38,968 nt of DNA from a virus (lineage: Duplodnaviria > Caudoviricetes). The stretch covers positions 1-38,968 of IMG/VR virus record IMGVR_UViG_3300027819_000030. One strand, 5' to 3'. The first letter of the stretch is position 1. Each line of letters opens with the position of its first letter. Under the pieces are notes generated by a model that saw only the letters and a list, made by a program, of their open reading frames with translations, did not search any database and was not told the DNA's origin. A program made the translations under genes and the position numbers. Shown piece after piece: positions 16,440 through 26,741 of this stretch.

Positions 16440-17171
16440 ATGCAATACACATTCGGCGCAGGACAGCTCTACGGCAGGAAGAGCGCCACGAATCCGACCC
16501 CGGTGCACTTCGGCGGCCTGCAGGGCGTATCGGTCGACATCGCGTACACGACGAAGGAACTGATGTCGGGCTACCAGTTCCCGGTCGCCGTCGGCCGCGG
16601 TACGGCCAAGATCACCGGAAAAGCCCAGTTCGCGCAACTGAACGCTCAAGGGTTCAACGACCTCTTCTTCGGTGAATCCTCGCTCACCGCGGGGCGCACG
16701 ATCGCGGTCGTCGACGAGGCGCACACGATCTCCGGGAACGCGGCGACGATCACACACAACGGCGTCATCACGGACCTGGGCGTCGTCATCGCTGCGAACG
16801 GCCAGATCCTCGCCCGGGTGGCCAATACCCCGGTCGGCGGCGGCAACTACTCCTGCAACGAGACGACCGGCGTCTACACGTTCAACAACGCGCTGGAGGC
16901 CTCCAACGTCAAGATCGGCTACACCTACACCGATTCCGGCAACGGCCAGACGATCACGCTGACGAACCTCCCGATTGGCTCGGCGCCGCAGTTCATGGCG
17001 GTGCTCTACGGGAGCTACAACTCCAAGGTGCTCACGCTGACCTTGAACGCCTGCATGAGCAGCCAGTTGACCCTTGCCACGAAGCTCGAGGACTTCATGA
17101 TCCCGGACTTCAGCTTCTCGGCGTTCGCCGACGCCTCCAACACCCTGGGCACGCTTTCGCTCGACGAATAA
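16440..17171 (+). CDS. Major tail tube protein
   Basis: AGGAGG RBS; FGGLQGVSVD, QFPVAVGRG and KLEDFMIPDFSF; sits before the chaperone and tape measure. Confidence 0.8.
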   Translation: MQYTFGAGQLYGRKSATNPTPVHFGGLQGVSVDIAYTTKELMSGYQFPVAVGRGTAKITGKAQFAQLNAQGFNDLFFGESSLTAGRTIAVVDEAHTISGNAATITHNGVITDLGVVIAANGQILARVANTPVGGGNYSCNETTGVYTFNNALEASNVKIGYTYTDSGNGQTITLTNLPIGSAPQFMAVLYGSYNSKVLTLTLNACMSSQLTLATKLEDFMIPDFSFSAFADASNTLGTLSLDE

Positions 17172-17219
17172 CAGGCGCGCGACCCGGCGGACCCATAACT
17201 CTAAAGGACAAAACCAGCC

Positions 17220-17612
17220 ATGACCGCACCTGCAGTACCCGTACCACCTGAGCGCGTTCAGCCGAGCACCGACCGCGGCGGCCAGTGGGTCGAGATGGGA
17301 GGCCGTGAATACAAGATCCCGCCGCTCTCCTTCGCCAAGATCAAGGCGATCGGTGATGACCTGTCCGCCATCGGCCAGATGAAGGACGGCGCCATGCCGA
17401 CGGCGGAGCAGTTCGCCGCGGTGGCCAAGGTGGCGCACGCCGCGATCTCCCGCAACTACCCGCAGATGAAGATCGAGGAGGTCGAGGAGGCGATCGATTT
17501 CGGCAACTTCCCGCGCGTGATCGATGCCGTGCTTTCGATCTCGGCCATGAAGGGGAAGGCGGATAGCGCGGGGGAGCCGAGCGGCTCACCTGGGGGGAAC
17601 TCTACGGCCTGA
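17220..17612 (+). CDS. Tail assembly chaperone (gpG-like)
   Basis: Between tube and tape measure; G-rich slippery runs near the 3' end. Confidence 0.75.
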   Translation: MTAPAVPVPPERVQPSTDRGGQWVEMGGREYKIPPLSFAKIKAIGDDLSAIGQMKDGAMPTAEQFAAVAKVAHAAISRNYPQMKIEEVEEAIDFGNFPRVIDAVLSISAMKGKADSAGEPSGSPGGNSTA

Positions 17613-17875
17613 TCATCTGCGAAACCGGCTGGACCTGGGAGTATGTCGATGACTTCGATCTGCCGCGCTTCTACGAACTGTGCGAGCACTGGCGGCGATT
17701 CCCGCCCATCCGGGTCGCCCTCGCTGCGCTCCTCGGTGCACCCGGTGAGAAGGGCTCCGGCGAGCGCGCATCTTCGCAGCGGCCGACGCAGAGCCTGGGC
17801 GAGGTCGTCGAAGCCTTCGCCGCAGCCGGGCTGCAAGTGCAGGTGAACCGTGGCGCAAGGACCAAACAGGGCTGA
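17570..17875 (+). CDS. gpT-like frame of the tail chaperone, reached by -1 frameshift (absent from ORF track)
   Basis: Start-less -1 frame reads LTWGELYGLIICETGWTWEYVDDFDLPRFYELCEHWRRFPP... to TGA 17873-17875; candidate slip sites GGGGGAG (17570-17576) and GGGGGGAAC (17592-17600). Confidence 0.75.
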   Translation, partial: GGAERLTWGELYGLIICETGWTWEYVDDFDLPRFYELCEHWRRFPPIRVALAALLGAPGEKGSGERASSQRPTQSLGEVVEAFAAAGLQVQVNRGARTKQG

Positions 17876-20084
17876 AGTCAGTATCGGCGCGCGGATCGAC
17901 GAGGTCGTCGCCGCGATCACCGAGCTGCAGAATCAGTTCTCCAGTTTTTCGAAGAACGCCTCCGAAAAGCTCAACTCCATCGGCCTCGCCGGTGAGAGGC
18001 TCGTCAATCGCATCCGAGAGATCGGCACCGCATGGCTCTCCTGGGAGGGAGCCAAGCACTTCTTCGAAGCGACCGTCGAGTCCTCCGAGAAGCTGAACGT
18101 CGAGCTCGGCCGCTTGGCCGCTACCTTGGGCGTGAGCACGAAGGAGGCCGCGGCCCTCAAGATCGGTCTCGACGACATTGGCGTCGGCACCGACTCCTAC
18201 GTCGGCGTCCTCCAGCGCATGACGCTGCAGGTCCGCACGAACGAGGACCGCATGCACCAGCTCGGCCTCGTGACACGCGACGCGAACGGACAGTACCTGA
18301 ACGGCGCGCAGTTGATCGAGAACGCCCGCAAAGCGCTGCTCGAATACCGGGAGGGCATGGACCGCAATCTCGCCGCTTCCGAGATGACCGGCCGAAGCTG
18401 GGCGCAATTCACCGACATCCTGCGCCTGAACAATCAGGTCATGGAGGAGGCGCGCGAGAAGGCCGACAAGCTCGGGCTCGGTGAGCAGGACCAAGTCACG
18501 CGCTCGCGCGAGTTCCATAAGGCGATGTCCGACATCAAGGATGTCGCCCTTGGCGTGAGCAACACGATCGGCCAGGCCTTGATGCCGCAGTTGACGCGTC
18601 TCGGAAACTGGGTCGGGGAGAAGGGCGGGACGATCGTCTCCTGGACGCAGAAATGGCTCGATGTTGCCAACAAATTGAAGGAAGCCTGGGCCGAGAGTTC
18701 GAGCCCGATCATGGCCATCCTCCGTGCCTGGGAGAAGATCAACGCCCAGCAGCAGGGCCGCACGTCATCCGGGAAGGTCGGCGGCCTGCCGCCCGCGCCC
18801 GGATCTCCCGACGATGGCAGCGGCGGAGGCGGGGGCGGGAAGACCTACGTCCCGAAACCCTCCTACGACCTCGTCAAGGCCTGGGAGACGCAGCTCGAGC
18901 AGATGAAGCTCGCCTCGCAGAAGTTCGCTCTCGAGGAAGGCGAATCGTTCGTCAAGTACCCGCTCGAGCAGGAGGCGAAATTCTGGCAGTCGAAGATCGC
19001 GCTGACGCGCGCCGGGAGCAACGAGCGCTTCGCGGTCCAGAAGAAGGCCTTCGATGCTGAGCTGCAGCTCAACCAGAATGCTTTCAACGGCAGGATCGCC
19101 TCGCTCGTGAAAGAGGAGGAGGCGCTCAAGTTCGACTACGACGCTCGAATCGCCAAGGCGCGCGAGATCGCCGAAGCCGAGGCCCGGGCCTACGGCGCGC
19201 AGGATGCCCGCGCCCAGATCGCTGCGGCGCGGATCGTGCAGATCGAGCAGGAGAAGGCCGAGAAGCTACGCAAGGTCGGCGAGCAGATCACCGAGCAGCA
19301 GAAGCAGCGTGCCCTTGCCGAGATCGCCGTTGAGGAAACCGCGGTCAAGGTCGCATTCGAGACAAGGCAGATCAGCAAGACGCAGCAGGTCCAGATGGAG
19401 GCGGAACTGGAGAAGCGGCGCAACGCGATCGAGGTCGCCGCCGTCCAGGAGCGAATCCGCGCCATTCAAGCGCTGCCCGGCAATCTCCAGGATCCGGCCG
19501 AACTGCAGCGCCTGTACGCGGAACTCGAACGCCTCGCCGTGCAGCACGAGAAGGCGATGGGGCAGATAGGCCTGGAGGGCGCGCAGGAGTATTCGAAGTA
19601 CATGATCCAAGCGCGGGACTCCGTGCAAAGCGCCTTCGCCACCATGGGCTCGGACATCATCACGCGCACCTCGAGCTGGTCCGATGCCTTCAAGAACTTC
19701 GCGAGGAGCGTCATCAAGTCAATGGCCGACATCCTCGCGCAGAACTTCGCGCAGCGGCTCTTCGGTCCAGGAAGCGCCGGCGGCAACTTCGTCGCCAACC
19801 TGGTCGGCGCCATGATCCCGAAGTTCGATGTCGGCACGCCCTACGTCCCACGCGACATGCTCGCATTCGTGCACAAGGGTGAGGCAATCATCCCGGCAGG
19901 TGCGAATGCCGCGGGCGACGGCCAGTACGGTACCGTGTCCATCAACCAGTACTTCGACAACCGCGGCGCCGATGATGCCGCCGTCGCCAAGCTCGGGGCG
20001 CTCGCTCAGAAGATCAAGACCGATGCCTACACCGCGGTCCTCTCCGACCTGCGCAGGAACGGTCCGATCCGGAGGACGAACTGA
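17850..20084 (+). CDS. Tape measure protein
   Basis: 744 aa, helical Ala/Glu/Gln-rich; C-terminal FDVGTPYVPRDMLAFVHKGEAIIPA motif. Confidence 0.88.
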   Translation: MAQGPNRAEVSIGARIDEVVAAITELQNQFSSFSKNASEKLNSIGLAGERLVNRIREIGTAWLSWEGAKHFFEATVESSEKLNVELGRLAATLGVSTKEAAALKIGLDDIGVGTDSYVGVLQRMTLQVRTNEDRMHQLGLVTRDANGQYLNGAQLIENARKALLEYREGMDRNLAASEMTGRSWAQFTDILRLNNQVMEEAREKADKLGLGEQDQVTRSREFHKAMSDIKDVALGVSNTIGQALMPQLTRLGNWVGEKGGTIVSWTQKWLDVANKLKEAWAESSSPIMAILRAWEKINAQQQGRTSSGKVGGLPPAPGSPDDGSGGGGGGKTYVPKPSYDLVKAWETQLEQMKLASQKFALEEGESFVKYPLEQEAKFWQSKIALTRAGSNERFAVQKKAFDAELQLNQNAFNGRIASLVKEEEALKFDYDARIAKAREIAEAEARAYGAQDARAQIAAARIVQIEQEKAEKLRKVGEQITEQQKQRALAEIAVEETAVKVAFETRQISKTQQVQMEAELEKRRNAIEVAAVQERIRAIQALPGNLQDPAELQRLYAELERLAVQHEKAMGQIGLEGAQEYSKYMIQARDSVQSAFATMGSDIITRTSSWSDAFKNFARSVIKSMADILAQNFAQRLFGPGSAGGNFVANLVGAMIPKFDVGTPYVPRDMLAFVHKGEAIIPAGANAAGDGQYGTVSINQYFDNRGADDAAVAKLGALAQKIKTDAYTAVLSDLRRNGPIRRTN

Positions 20085-20704
20085 TGTCGATCATCACGTT
20101 CCCGAGCTTCTCGGCGCTTTCCTTCACCTCGTTCTCGTTTCGCCCGAGTTCGAACACGCAGCGCTTCACCAGCCCCCTGAACAAGCAGACGCAGACCACC
20201 GAGCTCCCCGGCACGCGCTGGATCGCCGAAGGTGTTTTCGAGGCCGGGAGCCGCGCCGATCAGCGCCTGATGGCCGCATTCCTTGCGTCCCTGCGCGGCT
20301 CGGCGAACCGGTTCTATCTCTGGGATCTGTCGCACGAGACCCCGCGTGGGGTCTATACCGGCACGGTCGCCGTGAGCGGAGCGAACCAGTCCGGGAGTTC
20401 ACTTGTCACCTCCGGCTGGACCGGCACGCTGAAGGCCGGGGACTACGTGCAGTTCACGACAGATTCGAATTCCCCGGTCGTCTCGGAACTGCGCATGCTC
20501 ATCGCCGATGCGACCGGCAACGGCGCGAATGTCTCGCTCTCCCTTGATGCACCGATGCGCGCCTCACCCGTGAACGGGTCGAACGTCACGACATCCAAGG
20601 CGAGCGCGAAGATGCTGCTCTCCGATGACGAGTCCGCAAAATGGGGCTTCTCCGGGGGCATGCTCGCGCCGTTCTCCTTCACCGCGTTCGAGGACCTCGG
20701 ATGA
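20084..20704 (+). CDS. Distal tail protein (Dit-like)
   Basis: Follows the tape measure; FTSPL...Q...PGTRW, FLASLRG and LKAGDY motifs. Confidence 0.7.
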   Translation: MSIITFPSFSALSFTSFSFRPSSNTQRFTSPLNKQTQTTELPGTRWIAEGVFEAGSRADQRLMAAFLASLRGSANRFYLWDLSHETPRGVYTGTVAVSGANQSGSSLVTSGWTGTLKAGDYVQFTTDSNSPVVSELRMLIADATGNGANVSLSLDAPMRASPVNGSNVTTSKASAKMLLSDDESAKWGFSGGMLAPFSFTAFEDLG

Positions 20705-21261
20705 GCCGCGCGCTCCTCCCGGCTGTTACTGCTGCAATCGCCGACTCGAACGTGCCGGGTGTCGTGTTCGCGCAGTTCGAGTTCTCCGGAGGCACGAAGC
20801 GCTTCTGCAACGCCGGCTACACGATGTCCTGGAACTCCTACCTGTGGAAAGGGGTGGGCGAGGTCGGAAAGATCGAGCCCATCTCCGAGGGGGGTGACCT
20901 GCAGGCCTACAACCTCTCCATGCAGCTCTCCGGAATCGATCCCGACACGATCGCGGTGGCGCTCGTTCCGGCGTACTACAAGCGGCGAGCGGCGAGCGTG
21001 TGGTTCGCTGCACTCAACTCCGAGTACGGTGTTCTCATCTCTCCCGTGCTCATCTTCAAGGGCCGAATCGACACCATGCAGATCGAGCTCGGCGCCACGG
21101 CCACCATCACGGCGACCGCCGAGTCGCCCCTTGCCGACTGGCAGCGTCCCAGATCGCGCTTCTGGAACGGGGCCGACCAGCAATCGCGCTACCCGACGGA
21201 CAAGTTCTTCGAGTACGTCGAGCAGACCGTGAAGCGCGAGATCATCTGGGGGCGTCAATGA
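20701..21261 (+). CDS. Tail tip/hub protein (gpL-like position)
   Basis: WKGVGEVGKIEPISE, IFKGRIDTM and DQQSRYPTDKFFEYV...IIWG motifs; ATG 20701 overlaps the upstream stop. Confidence 0.72.
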   Translation: MSRALLPAVTAAIADSNVPGVVFAQFEFSGGTKRFCNAGYTMSWNSYLWKGVGEVGKIEPISEGGDLQAYNLSMQLSGIDPDTIAVALVPAYYKRRAASVWFAALNSEYGVLISPVLIFKGRIDTMQIELGATATITATAESPLADWQRPRSRFWNGADQQSRYPTDKFFEYVEQTVKREIIWGRQ

Positions 21262-21674
21262 GGCGTGAGGACTGGCCCGAGCGCCTGACCGAGGTCATCG
21301 AGCGCTACCGGCACGCGCCATTCGCCTGGGGCCGTGTCGACTGCGTCACCTTCGCCGCGGATGTCGTGTTCGCGGTCACCGGAATCGATCGATTCGCCGG
21401 CAGGCGCGGGGTCTACTCCGACCAGGCCTCGGCCGAATTGCTGATCGGCCCCGGTGGCTTGGAAGCCGCGTTTCGTGCCGAACTGGGCGATCCGATAGCT
21501 GTCGCGCGCGCGGGCCGCGCCGATCTCCTCCTGATCTCGATTCCGTTGGGGCCGGAGCGCGCGCTGACGGACGTCGCCGCGGTGTGCCTGGGCACCGATG
21601 TTGCCTTCACCGGCACGCATGGCCTGCTCTTTCGGCCGAGGCGCGACTGTCGGATTGCCTGGAGGATCGGCTGA
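21258..21674 (+). CDS. NlpC/P60-like tail assembly protein (DUF6950-like)
   Basis: MRREDWPERL, PFAWGRVDCVTFAADVV and AWRI terminus. Confidence 0.78.
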   Translation: MRREDWPERLTEVIERYRHAPFAWGRVDCVTFAADVVFAVTGIDRFAGRRGVYSDQASAELLIGPGGLEAAFRAELGDPIAVARAGRADLLLISIPLGPERALTDVAAVCLGTDVAFTGTHGLLFRPRRDCRIAWRIG

Positions 21675-24600
21675 TGCCTGATGCCGGTGCCAGCGAAGCG
21701 GCATTCGCAGCGGAATTTCTCGCAACCGAGGAGGGCGCGGCCGCGGCGCTGGAGGCGGGCTTCGTCAGCGCGGGCGGCGCGGCCGCGGCAGGCTCTACGA
21801 TCTTCGGCATCTCGACCGCCACGCTCATGCAGGTGGGTGCTTCGTTTGCGCTGAGCACCCTCTCCGGGGTCCTCTTCCGTCCAAACGTCCCGAACTTCGC
21901 CGCACAGGCGCAGAACCGGGCCGAGGTCATCCGATCGGCCGTGGCGACCCGCCGGTGGGTCTACGGCACGGTTCTCGTCTCCGGCCCCATGGTTATGGCC
22001 GCAACCGGCGTCGGGCCCGGCACGTCACCGGCGGCGGTCGACATCGCGACGACCCTGCTCCAGGCCGGTGCGGTGGGCGACTCCATCATCTACGTCACCG
22101 GGCTGATCAGCGAGCAGCCGCTCGGAACGCTCGACCTGACGATCACGTCAGGGACGACCTTCACGATCACCGGCGACGCGCAGACCTACACCGTGCAGGC
22201 CGATACGACGGCGGTGACAGACGATTCGGTGAACGCCGTGGCCGCGGTCTCGATCTCGCCGACCCTGCAGGTCGCCGCCGCGGCCGGCACCGCCAACACG
22301 CTGACCTACACGCTCACGCCCGGCGCAACCGCCGGCATGTCGAACGATGACCTCTATCTCGTCATCCCGCTCGCCGATCACCAGTCCGATTCCGTGCAGA
22401 CGATCTACTTCGGGTCGCTTCCCTCATCGGACTCCTCTTTCCCGCCCGCCGATTATTCGATCGTCAGCCATCTCGGAACACCGCACCAGGCGGTCGACTC
22501 GATGATCAACGCGGTCTATCCGACGGACTGGGATTCGACCCATGTCGGGGGCGGCCAGACCTATCTCGCGGCGAAATTCCACTTCGATCCCAACGTCTGG
22601 ACAACCGGCATCACGCAGTTGGCCGCCGTGCTCAAGGGGAAGCTCCTCTACGATCCGCGCGACGCCGGTGTAGACATCGCCACATCCTCAAGCGGCACGC
22701 CAGGCGTATTCGTGACCACGGGCGCCCACGGGCTTTCCGTCGGCGCGCGCGTCTACGTGAAGGGGCACACCGGCTCCGACCCGGCCGTCGACGGCTACTA
22801 TTCGATCGGCACGACACCGGCCGCGAACCAGTTCACGCTCGAGCGCTACGATGCCGGGATCGATCTCACCACCGGCGGCACGGGCGGCACGGTCACGACT
22901 TGCGCCTGGTCGAACAACTGGGCGCTCTGCGTGCGGGACTACCTCGCCGACGTCGACGGTCTGGGGTGCTTCTCCTGGGAGATCGACGACGCCGGCACGT
23001 TCACGACGGCGGCCAATGTCGCCGACGAGGATGTTTCGCTCTCCGCGATCGATCTCGTTTCCTCATCGGTCGCCAACCCGACGGAGCTGACCTGTCTCAC
23101 CTACATCCCGAACTTCGCAACCGGGGACACCGTGACGATCGCCGGGCACTCCGGGAGCACGCCGGACATCAACGGCTCGCACGTCGCCACGATCACGGGC
23201 CCGAACACCTTCACGATTCCCGTCAACGTCACTGTCGCCGGCACTGGCGGCACGGTGGACAAGTCAGGCGGCGGCACCCAGAAGCGCTACACGGTCGATG
23301 GGACGGTGGACACCGGCCAGCCGCCGGAGCAGATCCTCACCGACCTTCTTTCCGCCGGCGCCGGGATGCTCGTCTACAGCCAGGGCGTGTACATGCTCTA
23401 CGCAGGGTCGTACCGGACACCGACCGCCGGAGCGCTCACCGAATCGGATCTGCGCGACTCGATCAAGGTGCGCCCGGACGCGCCGCTGCGCGAGATGTAC
23501 AACGGGGTGTCGGGCGTCTTTTGCGATCCGTCCAAGATGTGGCAAGGGACGAGCTTTCCCCCGGTCCTGAACGCATCCTATGCGGCGGACGACGGCGGCC
23601 AGGTGCTGCAGAACATTCAGCTCCCATTCACGACCGACGTCATCCGCGCTCAGCGCATCGCGAAGATCCACCTCGAGAAGTCGCGCCAGGGAATGACGAT
23701 CGATTTCCCGGCGAAGCTGACGGCCTTTGCAACCCAGGTCGGCGACAACCGCTACATCAGCATCGCCGCACTCGGCTGGGACACGTTGAACGGAGGTCTT
23801 GGCAAGCTCTTTACCTGCACGCACTGGACGATGGCAAGCGAGGGGGGCGTCGATCTCGTCTTCCAGGAGGAGGCCTCGAGCTGCTACTCCTGGAATGCCG
23901 GCATGGCCACGCTCTACGATTTCGCGCCAAACACGAACCTCCCCGATCCGTTCGCCACCGCGGCGCCAAGCAGCCTCCTGCTCTACCAGATCCTCGTCCG
24001 GGGGCCGGATGGCGCCTATTCGTCCAAGGTCGTCTGTACCTTCAACCCGGTGCTCGATGCGCGCGTATCGGACTACGTCGTCGAGTTCTCGGTCGGCTCG
24101 ACCGGGGTTTGGACGTTCGGTGCGCAGAGCCGCCAGCGCAGATACGAATTCGCCAACCTGACCCCGGCCACGTACTCGATCCGCGTGAAGGCGGTCACCT
24201 GGGTCGGGGCATCAAGCGCGTGGACAACGGCGACGATCTCGGTCATGACGATCGACGAGCTGCTCACCGCGGGGAGCGCTTCGCTGCCGGCGCCCGATAG
24301 CATGACGATCTGGACATCAACCGATTCCGACGGCCGCGCGACGGGAATCGAGGTCGAGCTCACGTACAACGAGGCGATCACGAGCGCGCCGAACGACATG
24401 CTCATCATGTGGGCGCACTTCCCGTCCTCGGCGCCGAACTCCCTTGACATCGTCTCCGGGGGCACCGGGACGACGCTTACCATCGGCTCAGCCCACATCA
24501 TCGCGGCAAGCAACGTCCCGCCGAACACGACCGAGACGATCCTCGCGGGCTCGACGCGCTCGCGGATCGTGCTCCGGACCGCGGACCATCCCTTCGATAC

Positions 24601-25153
24601 GAGCGTCGACAACGCGGCGATGTTCTGGGCGCAGTACGATTCGAGCGCCTGGCGCCGCTGCACGTCGTTTGACGCGACCGGGCTCGTCTTCGACCCACCG
24701 TTTGATGCGGACCCCGTAACCGCGCACGCGCTCAACTGGGCCCAGATCTCCTGGGATGATCGACGCTCCGATCCATCGTCCAGGCTCGGGGTGATCCTCG
24801 ACGGCTCCGGCGGCTACGAGATCATCCAGTGGGGCACCGCGCTTGAATCCGGCGGCTCCTTTCAACTTTCCGGCTGCTCGCGCGGGCGAGAAGGTACTGC
24901 ACCGATCAGCGCCGACGGGAAGACCTTCTATTTCTGCCCAGCCCCAGCCGCGGGATCGGAGTCGATCGTCTTCCCGGCGAGCGCGCTCACGCAATCGGCG
25001 ACAAGTCCAGGAGTCTGGAGCGGATCGATGAGCCACGTCATCGATATTCCGTCAGGGGACATCGTCTACTTCGTTGCCTGCACGGGGTTGCGCACGACGG
25101 ATGGCTGGCTGCGCTCGCGGCTCATCCTGCCCACCTGGGGAGGGCCGCGATGA
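21674..25153 (+). CDS. Central tail tip / host-specificity protein (gpJ-like) with Fn3 and inserted repeat domains
   Basis: RRWVYG, KGKLLYDPR, WSNNWALCVRDYL, LPFTTDVIRAQRIAKI and Fn3 (NLTPATYSIRVKAV); start reassigned to ATG 21674. Confidence 0.82.
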   Translation: MPDAGASEAAFAAEFLATEEGAAAALEAGFVSAGGAAAAGSTIFGISTATLMQVGASFALSTLSGVLFRPNVPNFAAQAQNRAEVIRSAVATRRWVYGTVLVSGPMVMAATGVGPGTSPAAVDIATTLLQAGAVGDSIIYVTGLISEQPLGTLDLTITSGTTFTITGDAQTYTVQADTTAVTDDSVNAVAAVSISPTLQVAAAAGTANTLTYTLTPGATAGMSNDDLYLVIPLADHQSDSVQTIYFGSLPSSDSSFPPADYSIVSHLGTPHQAVDSMINAVYPTDWDSTHVGGGQTYLAAKFHFDPNVWTTGITQLAAVLKGKLLYDPRDAGVDIATSSSGTPGVFVTTGAHGLSVGARVYVKGHTGSDPAVDGYYSIGTTPAANQFTLERYDAGIDLTTGGTGGTVTTCAWSNNWALCVRDYLADVDGLGCFSWEIDDAGTFTTAANVADEDVSLSAIDLVSSSVANPTELTCLTYIPNFATGDTVTIAGHSGSTPDINGSHVATITGPNTFTIPVNVTVAGTGGTVDKSGGGTQKRYTVDGTVDTGQPPEQILTDLLSAGAGMLVYSQGVYMLYAGSYRTPTAGALTESDLRDSIKVRPDAPLREMYNGVSGVFCDPSKMWQGTSFPPVLNASYAADDGGQVLQNIQLPFTTDVIRAQRIAKIHLEKSRQGMTIDFPAKLTAFATQVGDNRYISIAALGWDTLNGGLGKLFTCTHWTMASEGGVDLVFQEEASSCYSWNAGMATLYDFAPNTNLPDPFATAAPSSLLLYQILVRGPDGAYSSKVVCTFNPVLDARVSDYVVEFSVGSTGVWTFGAQSRQRRYEFANLTPATYSIRVKAVTWVGASSAWTTATISVMTIDELLTAGSASLPAPDSMTIWTSTDSDGRATGIEVELTYNEAITSAPNDMLIMWAHFPSSAPNSLDIVSGGTGTTLTIGSAHIIAASNVPPNTTETILAGSTRSRIVLRTADHPFDTSVDNAAMFWAQYDSSAWRRCTSFDATGLVFDPPFDADPVTAHALNWAQISWDDRRSDPSSRLGVILDGSGGYEIIQWGTALESGGSFQLSGCSRGREGTAPISADGKTFYFCPAPAAGSESIVFPASALTQSATSPGVWSGSMSHVIDIPSGDIVYFVACTGLRTTDGWLRSRLILPTWGGPR

Positions 25154-26685
25154 CCGCTCCCGTTATCGGCCAGCCGCTCTTCGGGGTGCAGCTCTCTTCC
25201 GGCGGTTCCGCGACCGGATTGCCACCGGGCACGCCGAACGCACCGCCGATCGATGTCCTCGCCACGATCAACGACCTCGCCACGCGCCTTGCTCACGCCG
25301 AGCGCCAGCTCAGGTTCGCCGTATCTGGGGACAACGTGCTCGCCTCGATCATCCTCACGCCCGAGGACGCGCTGATTGGGGCCGACCGCATCAGCCTGGT
25401 CGGCGAGGTCAATTTCCTTGACTGGCACCGTGACATTACCGGGGCCGTGACGCCCACCATCGATCCGTCCCTCACGCAGATCCGGGGCGGTGTGATCCGC
25501 ACGCAGAAGATCCTCAGCTTCGATGGGCTCTCCTGGCTCGATCTTGACGCGACGGGGACGGGTTCGTTCTTGAAGAGCCACAGCGCGATCGACATCCGCG
25601 CGAACGGCACCTTCACTTTCGGCGGTGGCAGTTCGAAAGCGCTCGTGTTCGACGGCACCGATCTGACGATCGGCGCGGATACGGTGATCACATCCGGGAG
25701 CACGATCGGAGGAGTGTCCGGGACCGCGGCCGCTGCGCTCGCCGGCCTATCGGACAAGCTGAATCGCAACGCCTCCGATACGCTCGCCGGAGTCATCGCG
25801 ATCCAAGCCTCGTCAGGCGCAGGGATCAAGGTCGGCACGATCACGTGGGACAATTCCGGTAATCTCACGGGGGGGACGGGAGTCGCGATCACAACCAACG
25901 GGATCGTTGGCGCCGCTTCCGGCGTCGCGAAATTCGTCCTCAAGGCCGATGGGACAGCCACATTCGCCGGGGAGCTCTCTGCAGCGACGGGAACTTTCGC
26001 AGGTGATATATCCACTTCCGGAAGCATTCTCGCGACTGGTTTGGTCACCAGCGGTGGGTTGTCTGCAAGCGTAATCGGCTCGCGCACCAGTGGCAGCGTC
26101 TCGGATGCAGGCCTGCTGGGATTCGTCTCGTTCAGCGGCGGATACGGAATACACGGCGTCGCCACACATGCGTCTGCGTTCGGCGGGGTCTTTTACAACA
26201 CGCAAGCGGGCGGTTTGGCATTGTGGGCAGGACAGACCAAGATCGATGCTATCGCGGAGATCACTGGACAGTTGACATTGAGCGTTGCGTCCGGGGCTCC
26301 GATGTCCGTGTCTTCGACCACTAAGGTCGCGAACCTCAACGTAGACCTGCTAGACGGAAAGGATTGGGCGAGCCCCGCTGCGATTGGAACCGGCACGCCG
26401 GCGGCGGCGACCTTCGCAAACGTCGATCTCACGAGCGCGAGCACGCTCAAACTACGCGGAAGCGGTGGCAACCTCAAGACGCTGCAAGTCAGCACGACCG
26501 CCTTCGCGATCGTCAACAACGCTGGCACGACCGAGATCATGAACCTCACCGACGCCGGAGCTCTCACGGTCGCAGGAGGGATCGACCTCGGCCAGATCAC
26601 GAACAACGATTCGAGCATCAAATTCCAGTACAGCACGGACGACGTGATCTGGAACAACATTTACTTGCGGAGGCACACGTGGTAG
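25150..26685 (+). CDS. Tail fibre / receptor-binding protein
   Basis: Gly/Ser/Thr-rich beta repeats; GTATFAGELSAATGTF and SSTTKVANLNVDLLDG fibre motifs. Confidence 0.7.
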   Translation: MTAPVIGQPLFGVQLSSGGSATGLPPGTPNAPPIDVLATINDLATRLAHAERQLRFAVSGDNVLASIILTPEDALIGADRISLVGEVNFLDWHRDITGAVTPTIDPSLTQIRGGVIRTQKILSFDGLSWLDLDATGTGSFLKSHSAIDIRANGTFTFGGGSSKALVFDGTDLTIGADTVITSGSTIGGVSGTAAAALAGLSDKLNRNASDTLAGVIAIQASSGAGIKVGTITWDNSGNLTGGTGVAITTNGIVGAASGVAKFVLKADGTATFAGELSAATGTFAGDISTSGSILATGLVTSGGLSASVIGSRTSGSVSDAGLLGFVSFSGGYGIHGVATHASAFGGVFYNTQAGGLALWAGQTKIDAIAEITGQLTLSVASGAPMSVSSTTKVANLNVDLLDGKDWASPAAIGTGTPAAATFANVDLTSASTLKLRGSGGNLKTLQVSTTAFAIVNNAGTTEIMNLTDAGALTVAGGIDLGQITNNDSSIKFQYSTDDVIWNNIYLRRHTW

Positions 26686-26741
26686 CCGATACGGGCTTCA
26701 GCGGTGTTCCGATCCGCGCATAAACCACAGGAGAACAGAAA

